The position numbers and the translations under genes are program-made. Positions 51,621 to 64,000 of a stretch of DNA of 64,000 bases are shown piece after piece. The notes below the pieces were generated by a model, which saw only the letters and a program-made list of their open reading frames with translations, was not told the DNA's origin and did no database searches. Every line of letters begins with the position of its first letter. Position 1 is the stretch's first letter. This stretch comes from Nymphaea colorata (lineage: Eukaryota): contig NC_045138.2 in NCBI RefSeq assembly GCF_008831285.2, positions 11,098,001 through 11,162,000 of the forward strand. Direction: 5' to 3'.

Positions 51621-54600
51621 GGGGGAGGGGGTTTTCTCCTGGTGGTGGAGGAGGCCAGCGTGGAGGCTCCGTGGAGGAGGCGAGCGAACGGGCGTGGGAG
51701 GGGGTCGCGGTTGCAGGAGGAGGCTTTGTGGGGGTCCTTCCCACTGACCCCCAGCGGTGGAGGCAGCCAGGTAGAGGAGGGGACAAGGCGAGCGGCTGCG
51801 TGACGAGGAGGAGGAGTGAGGAGGCAGGGGAGACTCCGTGGGGGTCTTCCCGCTGACCTCCAGCGGTGGGCTTCCAGAGATGGAGAAGGAGCAGGAGGTG
51901 GCGCCTGCGCTGATAGGCGTTGCATGTATGGAGGAGGAGACTCTGCCGATTGAGGACTCCAGCTGCATTCGAGGTAAGTCTCCTCTTCCTCCCCCTTTAC
52001 CGGTTAATGAAATGGATGGTTTTGTGCCTCCTCTTCTGCTCTCCTCTCGTAATGGGGAATATGAGGGGCATATGATTGGAGGAGAAACAATCTCTGCTAT
52101 TGGGGATAAAAAATCTCCTGTAGGGAATGGGGAATCTGAGGGGCAAATGATTGGAGGAGGATCAATCTCTGCCACTGGGGATAAAAAAATCTCTTGTAGA
52201 GAATGCTCGCTGTGAAGAGACGAAGAGTAACCAAGGTGTGGCAGTGGGTGATCAAGCGCCGTTTGGCAGTGTGGGCAGAAGAGGGCTTCCTCAGCCTCCT
52301 TCTTGGGCAGACCGTGTTGCAGGGTGTGGTTCTGCCCGTCAAGAAGATTTGCCTCCCTTAAAAGTTATTCTCGGTAAGGGATGACTAAGAATAGTAGTGA
52401 CTGAAGAAGACCTCTTAAGCATGACAAAACCCTTCCAATGGTCGGCAGTTTGTTGTTTTATGGGTTCAACCTCTAAAGTCAGCAGGAACATCTATAAGCT
52501 CATCTCTGGCCTGCTTACTCAATGGATGGGGAGAATATCTCCTCAAATCTCCCTTCTCAATAAAGGGGATTTTTTTATTCGAGTGACTAGTGAAGAAGAA
52601 CTTAACTTGGTATTGAAAAACGAGTTTGGAAAGTGGGTGGTAGGGTTCTGGTCACTGCTAGATGGAGCCCTGGCCAACCAAGTACTACCGCTCCTTTTGT
52701 GGGTGACGCTGCCAAGTCTCCCACCATATTTTTGGAATGGTCGAATCTTCAAAGCAGTGGCAACAGGATTACAAGGTGATTTCCTAGAGGCAGACACTCC
52801 TACGGTTCAAATGTCCCGCACTAACTTTGCTCGCATTCTATTGGATCTTCCCATCCAATCTGAACTCCCGCCAGAGGTGGAGATTGACTTGGGAGGTGGC
52901 CATATCCTCGCGCAAGCAACCATTTATGAAGGTCGCCTTCGTTTCTGTCGTATGTGTGGTGTGAACTCTCATCCTCCGGAGAAATGCCCTAAAATTATTA
53001 ACTCAAAAGTGAAAGACGACTCTAGAACTTCGGAGGCTGGCCACATGGTCACTGGAATTTCTCTCAACAGAGGAAATGGGCCATCAAGCGGGTCCCGATT
53101 GGAGCACATTTCTGCAGCCAACAGGTTTGAAGTGTTAGTGAAAACTGAGGAGGATCATGGCCCTCATGACAAAATCAAGGAGTGGCCAAAAAAGTTGCTT
53201 CAGAAGTTAGAGCAGGAAGGTTCTGCCCCTCTTCGTGCACCCGGAAGAAAAAAGGGCAAAATAAATCGCCTAATTCAGTGAAAGATCAAAACAACAGTCA
53301 CATATCCACTGAGCGCCTTCCCAATCCTTTCGCCTCAAAGCCTCCTGATGTGCAGGACTTCCCTTATGATGTCCCTCCAGGGTTTTCCTTTTCTTCTCCT
53401 AGTCAACTGGGGCAAGATGGAGTTGCCAGTTCTTCGAGTCAACTTGGCGCAACAAAGGTTCCTCGTCACGGACATTTAGATTAAGTCGAGATGCTAAACA
53501 CATAAGCCGGGGGAGGGGAAGTAGGAGGAGCAAAGGTCAGAACATCGTAAAGGACACATCTATCTTTAATCTTCTCATGCATGAAGACCTTAAAGGAGCG
53601 GGCAACAAACGAAAAAGGACTTGCTATGAAAACTTTTCACCCGATTTTGTCCTAAATCCCTAGGTTCAGCCCCTAGAGAGCCCTATGGGGGAGACCAAGG
53701 AGGGTGAGATGTCCTTATCAGAGTTTCTTCCATGAACTTCATGTCATGGAATGTAAGAGGGTTGGTTAGATGGGAGGCTAACCTAGAACTCTCCTCTCTC
53801 CTACATGATTTCTCCCCTGGTTGGTTTTGCTTAATTGACACAATGCTCTCTACTATCAAGTTCCAACAATGGCAGCTTATTATGAAGAATTACAGTATGG
53901 TTTCCAATTCCCACTTGTCCTCTGGGGTTGCCCGTATTCTCTGTGCATGGGATCCAGCAAGATTAAAAGCTCAAGTTGTGGTCATAGATCATTGTTGGAT
54001 TTTCTTGAAATGTTCTAGGAGAGGCTCCCAGGAGATTTTCTATGTGGGAGGTATCTATCTTCCCACAAACCCTTATGCTAGGTAGGTGGAATTTCAAAAA
54101 CTTCGCTCTCTCCTTCAACATCTTCAAGAACCTACTTTGTTGATGGGAGATTTTAATTGCATGCTGGCCCACAAGATAAAACTGGTAATAGTCCCTCACT
54201 CTTTTCCTGCAATAATTTTGCCTCTTTCTTGGCGAGCAATAGCTTTAATCCACTGGTAGATCCTAAAAGGACTTTCACTTGGACTAATAACCGCAAAACG
54301 AAGAAACCATCTTCTGTAGGTTGGATTGGTGTCTGTTGAACTCTGCATGGCGACAACAATGGTCAGGGAGAAATCAACTTAAAGTGGTGATTCGATCTTC
54401 TTCTGATCATTCGCCTCTTGTCTTCTCGTCTTCCTTCTCTGATATCGGCCACACTCGCCCTAGACTTTTCAGGTTTTTCAGTAGCTGGGCTCGGCTACCT
54501 GAGAGCCACAGGATAGTGGTTGAAGCTTGGTCTCGTCATGATCTGGGCTGCCCCCTAATTAGCGTTATCTCAAAGCTTGAAAGAGTAATGAAAGATTTAT

Positions 54601-57420
54601 CTAGATGGTACAAACACCAGGTTGGGGACGTGGCTCTTCGTATCAACGGCCTAAAGCAGTCGCTTGAGGACACCCAAATCAGATGTGAGCAGGGGATAGT
54701 TCTGCGGCTCCGGTAGAAATGTTGCTTAGGCAAGAGTTGTCGAATGCACTCTTAGAAGAAGAAAGTCAGTTTAGACAGAAGGCTAGGATTAAATGGCTCC
54801 GAGAGGGGGATGGTAATACGGCTTTTTTCTAAAGAGTGGTGAAGGGGCGTCGTGTCAAAAACCAAATCCTCACTATGGAAGAAGGTGGCTTGGAGTATGA
54901 AGACCAAGATACGATTCAACAAACATGTTTCAACTATTTTTCTAGTCTCCTTGGCACTACGGATGGCTCATGTGAGATTTTTCCAGGTTTATGGGATGGA
55001 GAAGTCGTGTCAGAGTCAGAAAACCAAAGTTTGTTTAAACCTGCCACTAGAGAGGAAGTGAAACAGTCTGACCCAGACAGCGCTCCGGGGCCAGATGGTT
55101 TCCCTGCCTCTTTCTTTAGATCTTATTGGAATATAGTGTCAAATGATATTTTTGAGGTTATGCGTAGCTTTATAAATTCTGGGAGGCTTGTCAAGAAGAT
55201 TAACAAGTCTATGATAGCTCTTATTCCAAAACATGAGAGCGCCAGAAGGGTCACCGAGTTTCGCCCGATTGCGCTTTGCAATTCATTATATAAATTTATG
55301 TCCAAATTGCTGGCCAATAGGATGAAAAACATATTCACAAGGATTATTGGCAAGGTGCAGTGTGTGTTTATCCCGGGTAGATCTATTTATGATAATGTTA
55401 TTTTAGCCCATGAAGTTGTCCACTCGTTGCAACCCTCCAAGAGGCTTTCTTGCTACTTAAACTTGACTTGTCTAAAGCATATGATTTGGTTAATTGGAAA
55501 TTCCTTGAAAATGCTCTCCTCAAGGTGGGATTTTCAGAAGCGTGGGTTACGCGCGTCATGTCTTGTGTCGCCTCTGCCTCTGTTTAGGTCTTGGTTAATG
55601 GGGTTCAAGGGGAGTATTTTTAGCTTGCTCATGGGCTTCGCCAGGGAGATCCACTATCTCCTTATCTCTTCATTGTCATTATGAAAATTTTTAGTAGGTA
55701 TCTTTGGGCGAATGGTAGACCGCTTGTTTAGGCCCCCCTCATACCTCGTGTGGGTCGTGCTCCCCCGTTTCTTGCCTTTGCGGATGATGTACTCCTCTTT
55801 AGTGACATTTCTCATGTTTCGATAGAGCAAGTGCAAGAAACATTGCAGCTCCTAGCGACTAATGCTGGTCTGAACGTTAACTCCCATAAATCTAATATTT
55901 ATTTTTCTGATGCAGTGTCGGATGAGGTGAAAGACAGGATTTGTGCCACTCTTGGGTGGCTTGTGATGCCCTCCCTACATCTTACCTTGGGCTACCTTTG
56001 TTCGCTGGTAAACTAAAGGATGAATGATGTCAACCCCTCATCAACAAGGTCGAAAAATGGCTTTCTTTGTGGAAGTCGGCCACCCTCTCCTATGCTGGCC
56101 GACTATGCCTCCTCAAACACGTCCTTAGCAGCGTTATTGGCTTTTGGACGTCAGTCTTTGCTCTTCCTAAGGAGGTGTCTGGGCTACTTGCTGCATCTAT
56201 GGCCAATTTTTTATGGGGAGGAGATGGGAACTCTAGAGCTAGGCACCTTATTGCTTGGGACCAAGTTTGTAAACCTTACTCGGAGGGAGGTGTGGGATTA
56301 CCACGTCTCGAAGAATGGTCCAAGGTGTGCCAGGTAAAATGGTCCCTTTCCATCTATGCTCATGAAGTAAATTGAGCCAAATTTTGTCACAAGAAATATG
56401 TTACTCCTAGGAGTTTATGGGTTATTAAGCCCAAAGCAAAACAATCTTGGTTTTTCAAGAACTGCATTTTGTCCTGGTATCATGTTAAGGGAAATGTTAA
56501 TAAGCTATTGGTATGGTAAATGGGGAGGTCATGTTCTGGCTGATGCCCTCTTAGAAGAAGAACTTTTATTCCTCCAAGAATCTAGAACAATGACCATCCA
56601 GCAAATTTTAGAATCTGACATTTTCCTTGTTCCTCAATTCGACGCAGTTCTTCGTAGGTTTCACATGCCCAATGGTACAGTTGTAGCTTCAAGAGAGGTT
56701 GGGTCGCTCGATGTTGGAGGATTTGCTTTCAAACTGTAATTTGGAGTATATGGAAGTGGAGAAACAAGCCATTTCATGGGGGAGATAGCAGATCCTTATA
56801 CTTCATGTGCTCACATACATGGTTGGACTGTGTCAACAGCTTTGCCGCCCTCCTTGATAGCCGGCCTGAGGAACTTTTGGAAATGCAGTTTTGAACCAGT
56901 TTTGGCATTCTTCCGGGCAAATGGGTAACCACTCAATCCTAACCATGGAACTATCCAAATAGCATCTATGAAAACTAATGGTGCTTGTTGGGTTGCGGTT
57001 AAGGTTCATGGAGCCAAAAATGTTTTTGACGTGGAAAATCTTTTCTGCCGCAGATCGATATTTCCTTTCCTTGAGATAGAAATGTTAGCTTGGACGCTTC
57101 TTCATTTTGACTTCAATTGTTGCTCTAACATTATCATCAATACTAACAACAGGAAATGGAAATTCTGGCTTAGTTCTCTTATTGCAGGTAAAGAAGGAAA
57201 TAGAGCTGCTCCCCAAATCGTGGCTGACAAAGTTCAACTTTTTCGCATCATAAACGAAAATCCAGATGTGCATACTCTTTCCTTGCTGCCCTTAGTTCGA
57301 GTTTCATTGTTTTCTCGTGCGAGTTGCAGCAATTTTTGTTAGTTACCCTGTAAATATTGTTTTTTGGCACTGTTGGATTAATAAAATTTATGGAGGAGTC
57401 CTCCAGCAGGTTTGATGCGG
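51621..57420 (+). mobile_element. Apparently full-length (5.8 kb) degenerate L1-clade LINE (LINE B)
   Basis: 15-bp TSD AAGCAATAGCAAAGA (51606-51620 and 57421-57435). ORF1 with DUF4283-like LWVTLPSLP..FARI and zinc knuckle CRMCGVNSHPPEKC. ORF2 from 53732 (MNFMSWNVRGL, SDHSP, SAPGPDGF, FRPIALCNSLYK, LAFADDV, GRLCLLKHVL). Many frameshifts and stops. Confidence 0.93.
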
Positions 57421-59454
57421 AAGCAATAGCAAAGAAAGCACAAAAGTTCCCAACTAGAATATTTAAGTCTTCACGTTTTAAAAATTTCATCTTCTAAGCT
57501 CGCATGAAAATCTTCAGTTAAGTTCAATAGTTTGTCCTTGTCCTGTAGAGAACTTGAATGGCCTAAAAAACATGAAAAATAAAAATAAGTTAGAATATTA
57601 AATAATGAAAGGAAGCTACTAAAACTATATAAAGACTGTCCACACCCACCCAAAACCCTTAAAAAATGACTGAGTACTGAACTTCACCTAGTTGAAGTGC
57701 GATTATCTAATAAGTTACAAAATAAATAACAAAATATAACTCACTAATACATTTTTCACCTATGCAGGAATACCCTTTAATAAACTAAAAAAATGGGCAA
57801 AGAATAGCATAAAAATAGCTAACTAATGATTGACAAAAATACCCCTAATCTTGTATCAAACTTTTAGACAAAGGTTAAGATGCATAGACTTTTGGAGGGT
57901 CAAATGGAGTCCAAATACTGCAAAATTAGCCCTTGTCTCAAAGCTAAGACTCTCAAGAAATACCCTTTTACCAGAACTCAAAAGTAATTCCTAAATCTCA
58001 AGATATGGTCGTTTTAACCTTTGATAAAATCCTGCCTAAACAGAAATGCAGACAAATGAGTTTCCTGAAACATGAAAACCTTAAACCTAATAACCTCCAA
58101 TCTGGATGGAATTTGGTGTGTAGACACTCAAGATGTGGAAGTAAACACTGGAAAAAATTGGACTTGAAAGACTTACAAACTCCACATGAAATGAAGTCTC
58201 AAATTTGGTCCAGAGTCAGGTCCGAATTTCAAATAACTTATTATTGATTCACATAGTACTTCTGATTTAACTTAGGCAAGAACAACTCAACAAAATTCCA
58301 AAGCTATGCAAAGCTAAACACAATAGAAGAATTAATTATGCTAACCTAAGAACCAAAAGAATAATAACTAGTATGCCAGCGTACAACTACAATAACCATG
58401 ACTTACTCTATGCTAACTTGCAGACTAAAAACTGAAACACGGAGCTACTATGCAAGCTACTTCTAAAGCAACCAAACACAATTAAACTATGTACACCAAC
58501 ACAATTGAACCATCAATACTGATCTAACAACTAATAATAGTCAATTAAATACAAGTCATGAAAAACACTTAAATGTGCACGACAATGATTAAACTACACC
58601 TCTAATATAATTGACTTCTACTTAGACTCCTTAATGTAATATAAAGATAAAAGCCTAATATGAATGCGATGTAAGCATGTTACCAACTATAATTAACGCT
58701 GGAATTTAACTTCCACTTAACCTAAGTAGCAAAGGAATTTAAACTTGACCTAAAAACAATTTAACTTAAAGCAAATTAAAACTAAACATTAAACTAAAGT
58801 AAATTAGGTAAAATAAATAATTAAAGAAAGTTTAGGAAAAAAACTAAACTTTACCTCTAAGAGCAACCTGACAAGGGTTGTTAATTTCTTTAGCATGGAG
58901 GGAAGAGAGACAAGAGAGACAGAGAGTGAGTGAGATTAGGGGAGAATCGAGAAAAAGGAGGGATGGGAGAGAGAAAAAGAGGGCGGGCAACTATATAGAC
59001 CCTTTTCTAACTAAATTAAAAATATGCAAAAATAAATGAATATTAATCTAAAGTAAGTACTAAACCATATAATTTACTATTAAAATATGAGAAAACAGCT
59101 TAACCTAAGTAAAATAAACAAAACCAACCACAAATGCATAACTAAATTATCTTGAAAAATTGTACAACTACTTTTTCCCAATTCTAACATGACAATGCAT
59201 AGATTCCCTAAAATGACCATAACTACATTAAAAAACACCAAAACTACCCCTAGGTTTGTACCACTTCTAGAGAATTCTTCGTAAAAAAAAAAATCAAATT
59301 ATGAAATAAATTCAATAAAATCAGGTCCTAAAACTAAGGAAACCTGGATCAATACTTAATCTCATTCCTAATTATGTGATATGCAATGCAATATTCAAAC
59401 AAAATCCTCCGGGTTGTGTGTGAGAAATGTAAGTCCTATATTTGTGTGTATGTG

Positions 59455-59533
<79 letters not shown>

Positions 59534-59913
59534 CAATCAAATGCAACCTAATTAAATAAGTTAAAAGTCATTAAATCCAAAGTACCTATGGCTAAAGTGC
59601 CCTCAAATCAGTGCACAAACCTCAAGAAAAGGCATCAATGGCTGCTTCCCTTAAGTGAAGAAACCAGTCAGAATTTACCACTATTACTACAACAAAAATC
59701 AAATTAAACTATCAAATCAACAATCTAATGACTAAAACTCCTAAACCCCTCACCAAATACCAAAGAGAACCTCCTAATCTAACATGAATTAAAGAAAGCA
59801 GCAGAGGTTTATTTTTTGGAAACATCAGTAATCAACTACACTAGCAATAGACTTCAGACTAGGCCTACTCTACAACATAAATGACAAAATGAAGGAGAGA
59901 TAGATACTAACCT

Positions 59914-62323
59914 TGTTAACACCCCAAAATTTTCCATCTTCATTGATGGAAGCAATGTCAAAATTTTACAAAAGAATTTCACAAAAAAATTGTGAAAGAT
60001 GCAATTTCAAAGCCAATTTCGAATCTAAACACAATTTAGATTCAAATCATGAATTTGACTCGTAACACAAATCCCAAAGCAGAATTTGATTATACATAAA
60101 AGAGAAGAAAAGAGAAATGTCTCCTTTCAATTAAATAAAAGAATAAATTTCAATGCAGAATGAATAGGATTATAATTGGATTCATAGGAAAAGAGATTCA
60201 TTTATACATCTTTCTCCCTATTAATTAAAGAAGATCCTCTCATTAAAAAAGAAGTCGAATTCCAAAGAAGCAATGTGTTTTTAACCAACCTACTAATGGC
60301 AAGTAAATTCACCTAATCTACTTAATCCAAATAGGTTTGACCTTAGTGCACCCAAATGTGGCATCAACTTCAACTAAGTTCAGTCAATATGAGCTTAACC
60401 CAGTCAAAGGGGTAGGACTATCCCACGACCCAGTTGACAGACATGAATAGACCTTGACTATATCAAATCTACTTTGACAACCTAATCGAAGTACAATTCA
60501 AAATTTAACTCAATTAAGTGATTTCTTAGCTCAAATTCATCAAATTACCTCAAGCAAGTCGACATCAACTTGCAAAATGAACTTTGACTTTGGTCGATTG
60601 GTCAAATTTGACCTAATTTGGACAAGTTTGTCATTCCATGATCAAATTGAAATCACATAACCCAAATTGGGATTCTATGAAAAGCAAATATACATTTGAA
60701 TTTGTCAAATACACAAATCAAATATCAAATTGAAAGACAATATTTCAAATCAAAATTTGATTCAATTAAAACCCATTTTCAATTAAAGTATGGACAAAAA
60801 TGCCCTTTTCCAACCAAATTTGACAAAAATTTCAAAATTTGTTCAAATTTAAATTGAATTGTCAAAAATAAATTCACAATTCAATAACATTTAGAGCTTA
60901 ATATGTTTGAACCTAACAAGCTCAATTCCAAACAAATAAATTAAAGCAAAACCTTGGTCAGGGCATTTCTATCCATATTCTTGGTCAAATTTGGGCCTGG
61001 CTAGGTCTGGACCACGGTTGACCACACCTATCCAAGCCCACCCAGCTCGTGTATATGGGCTAGGTGTGATTGATTAGGGGCATTAAAAGCATATTTAATC
61101 CATTTTACAAGTCATCAATCCATGTGACATGGATTAAGCCAATGAGAGACCAAGTTTCTCTCAACTATTGGCCGAATTTGAGGCTGATTGAGGTGGCAGC
61201 CACCTCAGCTTATTTTCCAAAAAAAATAAATAAGCTTAAATCCAGAATGGCGTCCAGCTGGACCCATCCTAGCTTGCCAACACAAAAAGAGGCGAAGTCA
61301 ATGAATTTTTAAAAAGAGTTAAGGAGGTAGGTGTGCCCACCTCCTCCCCTATATAAACCCCCCTTGGCAGCGAAGGTGTGTGTGTGTGGCGCGGGTTGGG
61401 GGGGGGGGGGGGGCGGGTGGGGGGAGAGGGGTGTGTAGGGACGAATTTTTGAGGTCTGAATCAGAACATTACAGCCAAGGAGCAAAGATGAAGAAACTTG
61501 GAGAAGAAGAAATCATCCAAGTCTTTCTCGAGCTTGCTAAGCTAGGGTACTTAAGTGGACCCTTTCTTAGGATTTTCGTGGTAAGAAGCTTTCTTTACCA
61601 CTGCAAGTTCCAAGAATGAAGCTATCTTATTCTAGCTTTGTTAAGCTTGAATTCAAGCTTGAGTTCTTGTGTAGGATGCTCTATTTAGAAAACAAGTAAG
61701 GAAGAGATTCAAGCATTGAGACCAAGCACAAGGTAGGCGATTCTAGCCCATCCTTCATCCATTTTGGCTTCTTATTATTCATTTTTAATTTCGGTATTTC
61801 ATGGGAGGGATTTTATTTTCACCTTTATTCATGGCTAGAAATGATGTCTAGCTAGGGAAAACCATAATCAAATGTTCATGTTAATGCATGATGCATGCAT
61901 GAACTAGTTTTTTCTAAAAGATGAACCCATGAATCAAACTTTAAAAATGACCCCAAGGCCATGTTCCATCCAAAAACAATCAGCCTAAAACCTTTTGAAT
62001 TCCCCACCATGAGTGAATCACATGGTGAGAGAGAGATTCACTGCAATATGTATAATTTAAATGCCTATTAAGGATGAATGCATTCTCATGAATCTGATCT
62101 ACCTTTGCACCGCAAAATTATGGATGAACCAGCTTGAACATCCTATTATTTCTTTTTCATTCAAGATCATTTTGATTGATGTCTTCTCAATTTAATTGGT
62201 CAAGGGTGGTGGAAGAGATTAAAAACTAGTTTTCAATCTCCCTGCGTAAAAGAGCCCAACTATGAATCATCACCATTCATAAGTTATGTGGTCTATTGTT
62301 AAAAGGGGTAAGATGCATGTGTG

Positions 62324-62381
<58 letters not shown>

Positions 62382-64000
62382 CTTCTGTTAAAAATCATTT
62401 TTCTCTTTTAAAGTTAAGTTGGAATACATTTCCAAGCTGATTTTAAGAAAAGGGAATCATTATGTGGACTTTTGTAATACAAAACTACAATATCACTTTC
62501 ATTTCATTTCAAAATTCATGCGTGAAGTGCATGCAAGTTGCTGAAATCAGACCATGTTTTACAAAAATTAGTTTAAAAACTTCAAATTTTACATACTTGA
62601 AATATCAATTTTCAACCACATAGTGGCTATCATTCATAGAACAAGATATAGTTCTAATTCTATTCAATCCTCCCCCAGAACACTTTAGGGATTGCTGGTT
62701 TCTTTTATCAATTTTTAGATTTACATATGATAAGCTAAGATATAAAAATAATGTAAAATCATACTCAAGAATCTAATTTTAATATCTTCCAAAGGAGAAG
62801 ATGCTGAAATCATCCCAGGGATGGACAGATCTTTTGGCATAAGAATCTGAAATCTAATTTGGCTTTGGAGAAAGAAAGGTTTCTAAAACTTCATGACGTG
62901 AATGAAAGCATATTCTCAAGAAGCACATGCCCTTTTGATGACTTGGATGCTTAACCTATATGCAGTCAAGCAAAATTTCATCATTCATTAAGAATCAAAC
63001 ATTCTTAGAACCAATGTTTTAAATTTTAAACCGTTTAAATCAGTATAAAATCTGATTTTATGACAATTTTGAGGCGAAGTGGGTATTATCCACACCTTTC
63101 CTATATTTTGAAGATGGATTTTAACTTTATTTACATGATTTTCAATTATTTTGAGATTTTTATTCAAGTCTGAAGCTTGTGGACTGCATCTCTAACTTTT
63201 ATGTTAATATGATAAGCACAATTGGAGAAAGTCCTACATTCTAATTAAAAATCAATCTTTATGTGTGAAGATAATATGATGTATGATCACATGAATAAAT
63301 TTTGAGAGATTATGGGAGAGAGAAGAATAAATGTTTCATATAGCTTCTCTTCTTATTTCATCCATTCATACTCTCCGAAAATCAATGGCACCACGTGCAC
63401 ATTCTCTAGAAATTAAATGATTCAATTTTGAGTTGAAAAAGATGACCAAGTCATATTGCAACAAGCATTTGAAGAATTCACTTAGTTTACAAAGAAAACA
63501 TAAGCATCACATCCCCAATGTTAGCCAAAACCTGTTTTGAAAACAATATGTTTTCTGACATTTTAGAACCCATGTTTACTTGAGTAAATCCAAATTTTCT
63601 CATTCATATCTCTAAGACCTAATCACATGATTTGGCAAAAGAATTTCAAAATCAATTCAGCTTACTAAGGTAACTTGACCATTTTCCTAAAAGTTGATCA
63701 TAAGATCAACCCAAAATTTTAAAATTATCTTGAGTTTACGACAAAAAAGTCGATTTCAATCTTCGAAATCTCTAATTTTCCCCACAAGTTACGATCTAAA
63801 AACGTCAATTGACTTTCAAAATCATGACGATTATTAATCCCATTCAATCCAAATGGCATGCAAGTTCAACCAAAATAATGGTCTTCAATACAAATCAATT
63901 AGAAAATTTTCCAAAGAATTTCCAAAATAACTTGTAAAAACAAGTCATTTTCTCAAGCAACTTGTTTCAATTTCACTTCAAAACAAGTTCAAATCATTTG
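59914..64000 (+). mobile_element. Probable long Gypsy-type LTR running off the window edge
   Basis: Starts TGTTAACACCCCAAAATTT; TATA box CCCCTATATAAACCCC at 61347-61362 followed by a purine-rich leader; no coding motifs; far end and TSD not visible. Confidence 0.45.

Overview
Flowering-plant nuclear DNA: AT-rich, spliceosomal introns, dense in transposons. There are two host genes, both on the minus strand. (1) An IDM2/IDM3-type alpha-crystallin-domain (ACD) gene (CDS join 13740-12774, 10190-9919; 412 aa). Its probable non-coding first exon lies in a CpG island near 24.5 kb, giving a ~10.7-kb 5'-UTR intron filled with nested TEs: an old Copia carrying a younger Copia and two hAT MITEs, with a third hAT derivative beside it. 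(2) A 117-aa coiled-coil gene (39971-39792, 31374-31201) whose 8.4-kb intron holds a full-length hAT transposon with perfect TIRs and 8-bp TSD. About 1 kb upstream of the IDM-like start is a near-homogeneous 14 x 265-bp tandem array with a dimer-to-trimer higher-order pattern and an internal hairpin. The right half holds three L1-clade LINEs. Two of them have 15-bp TSDs, no poly(A) tail and a shared 3'-terminal motif. Gypsy-like LTR remnants occupy both window ends. The main hypotheses are a possible methylation-sensing arrangement at a DNA-demethylation-pathway gene and a poly(A)-less plant L1 lineage. All calls were made by eye, with no database searches.
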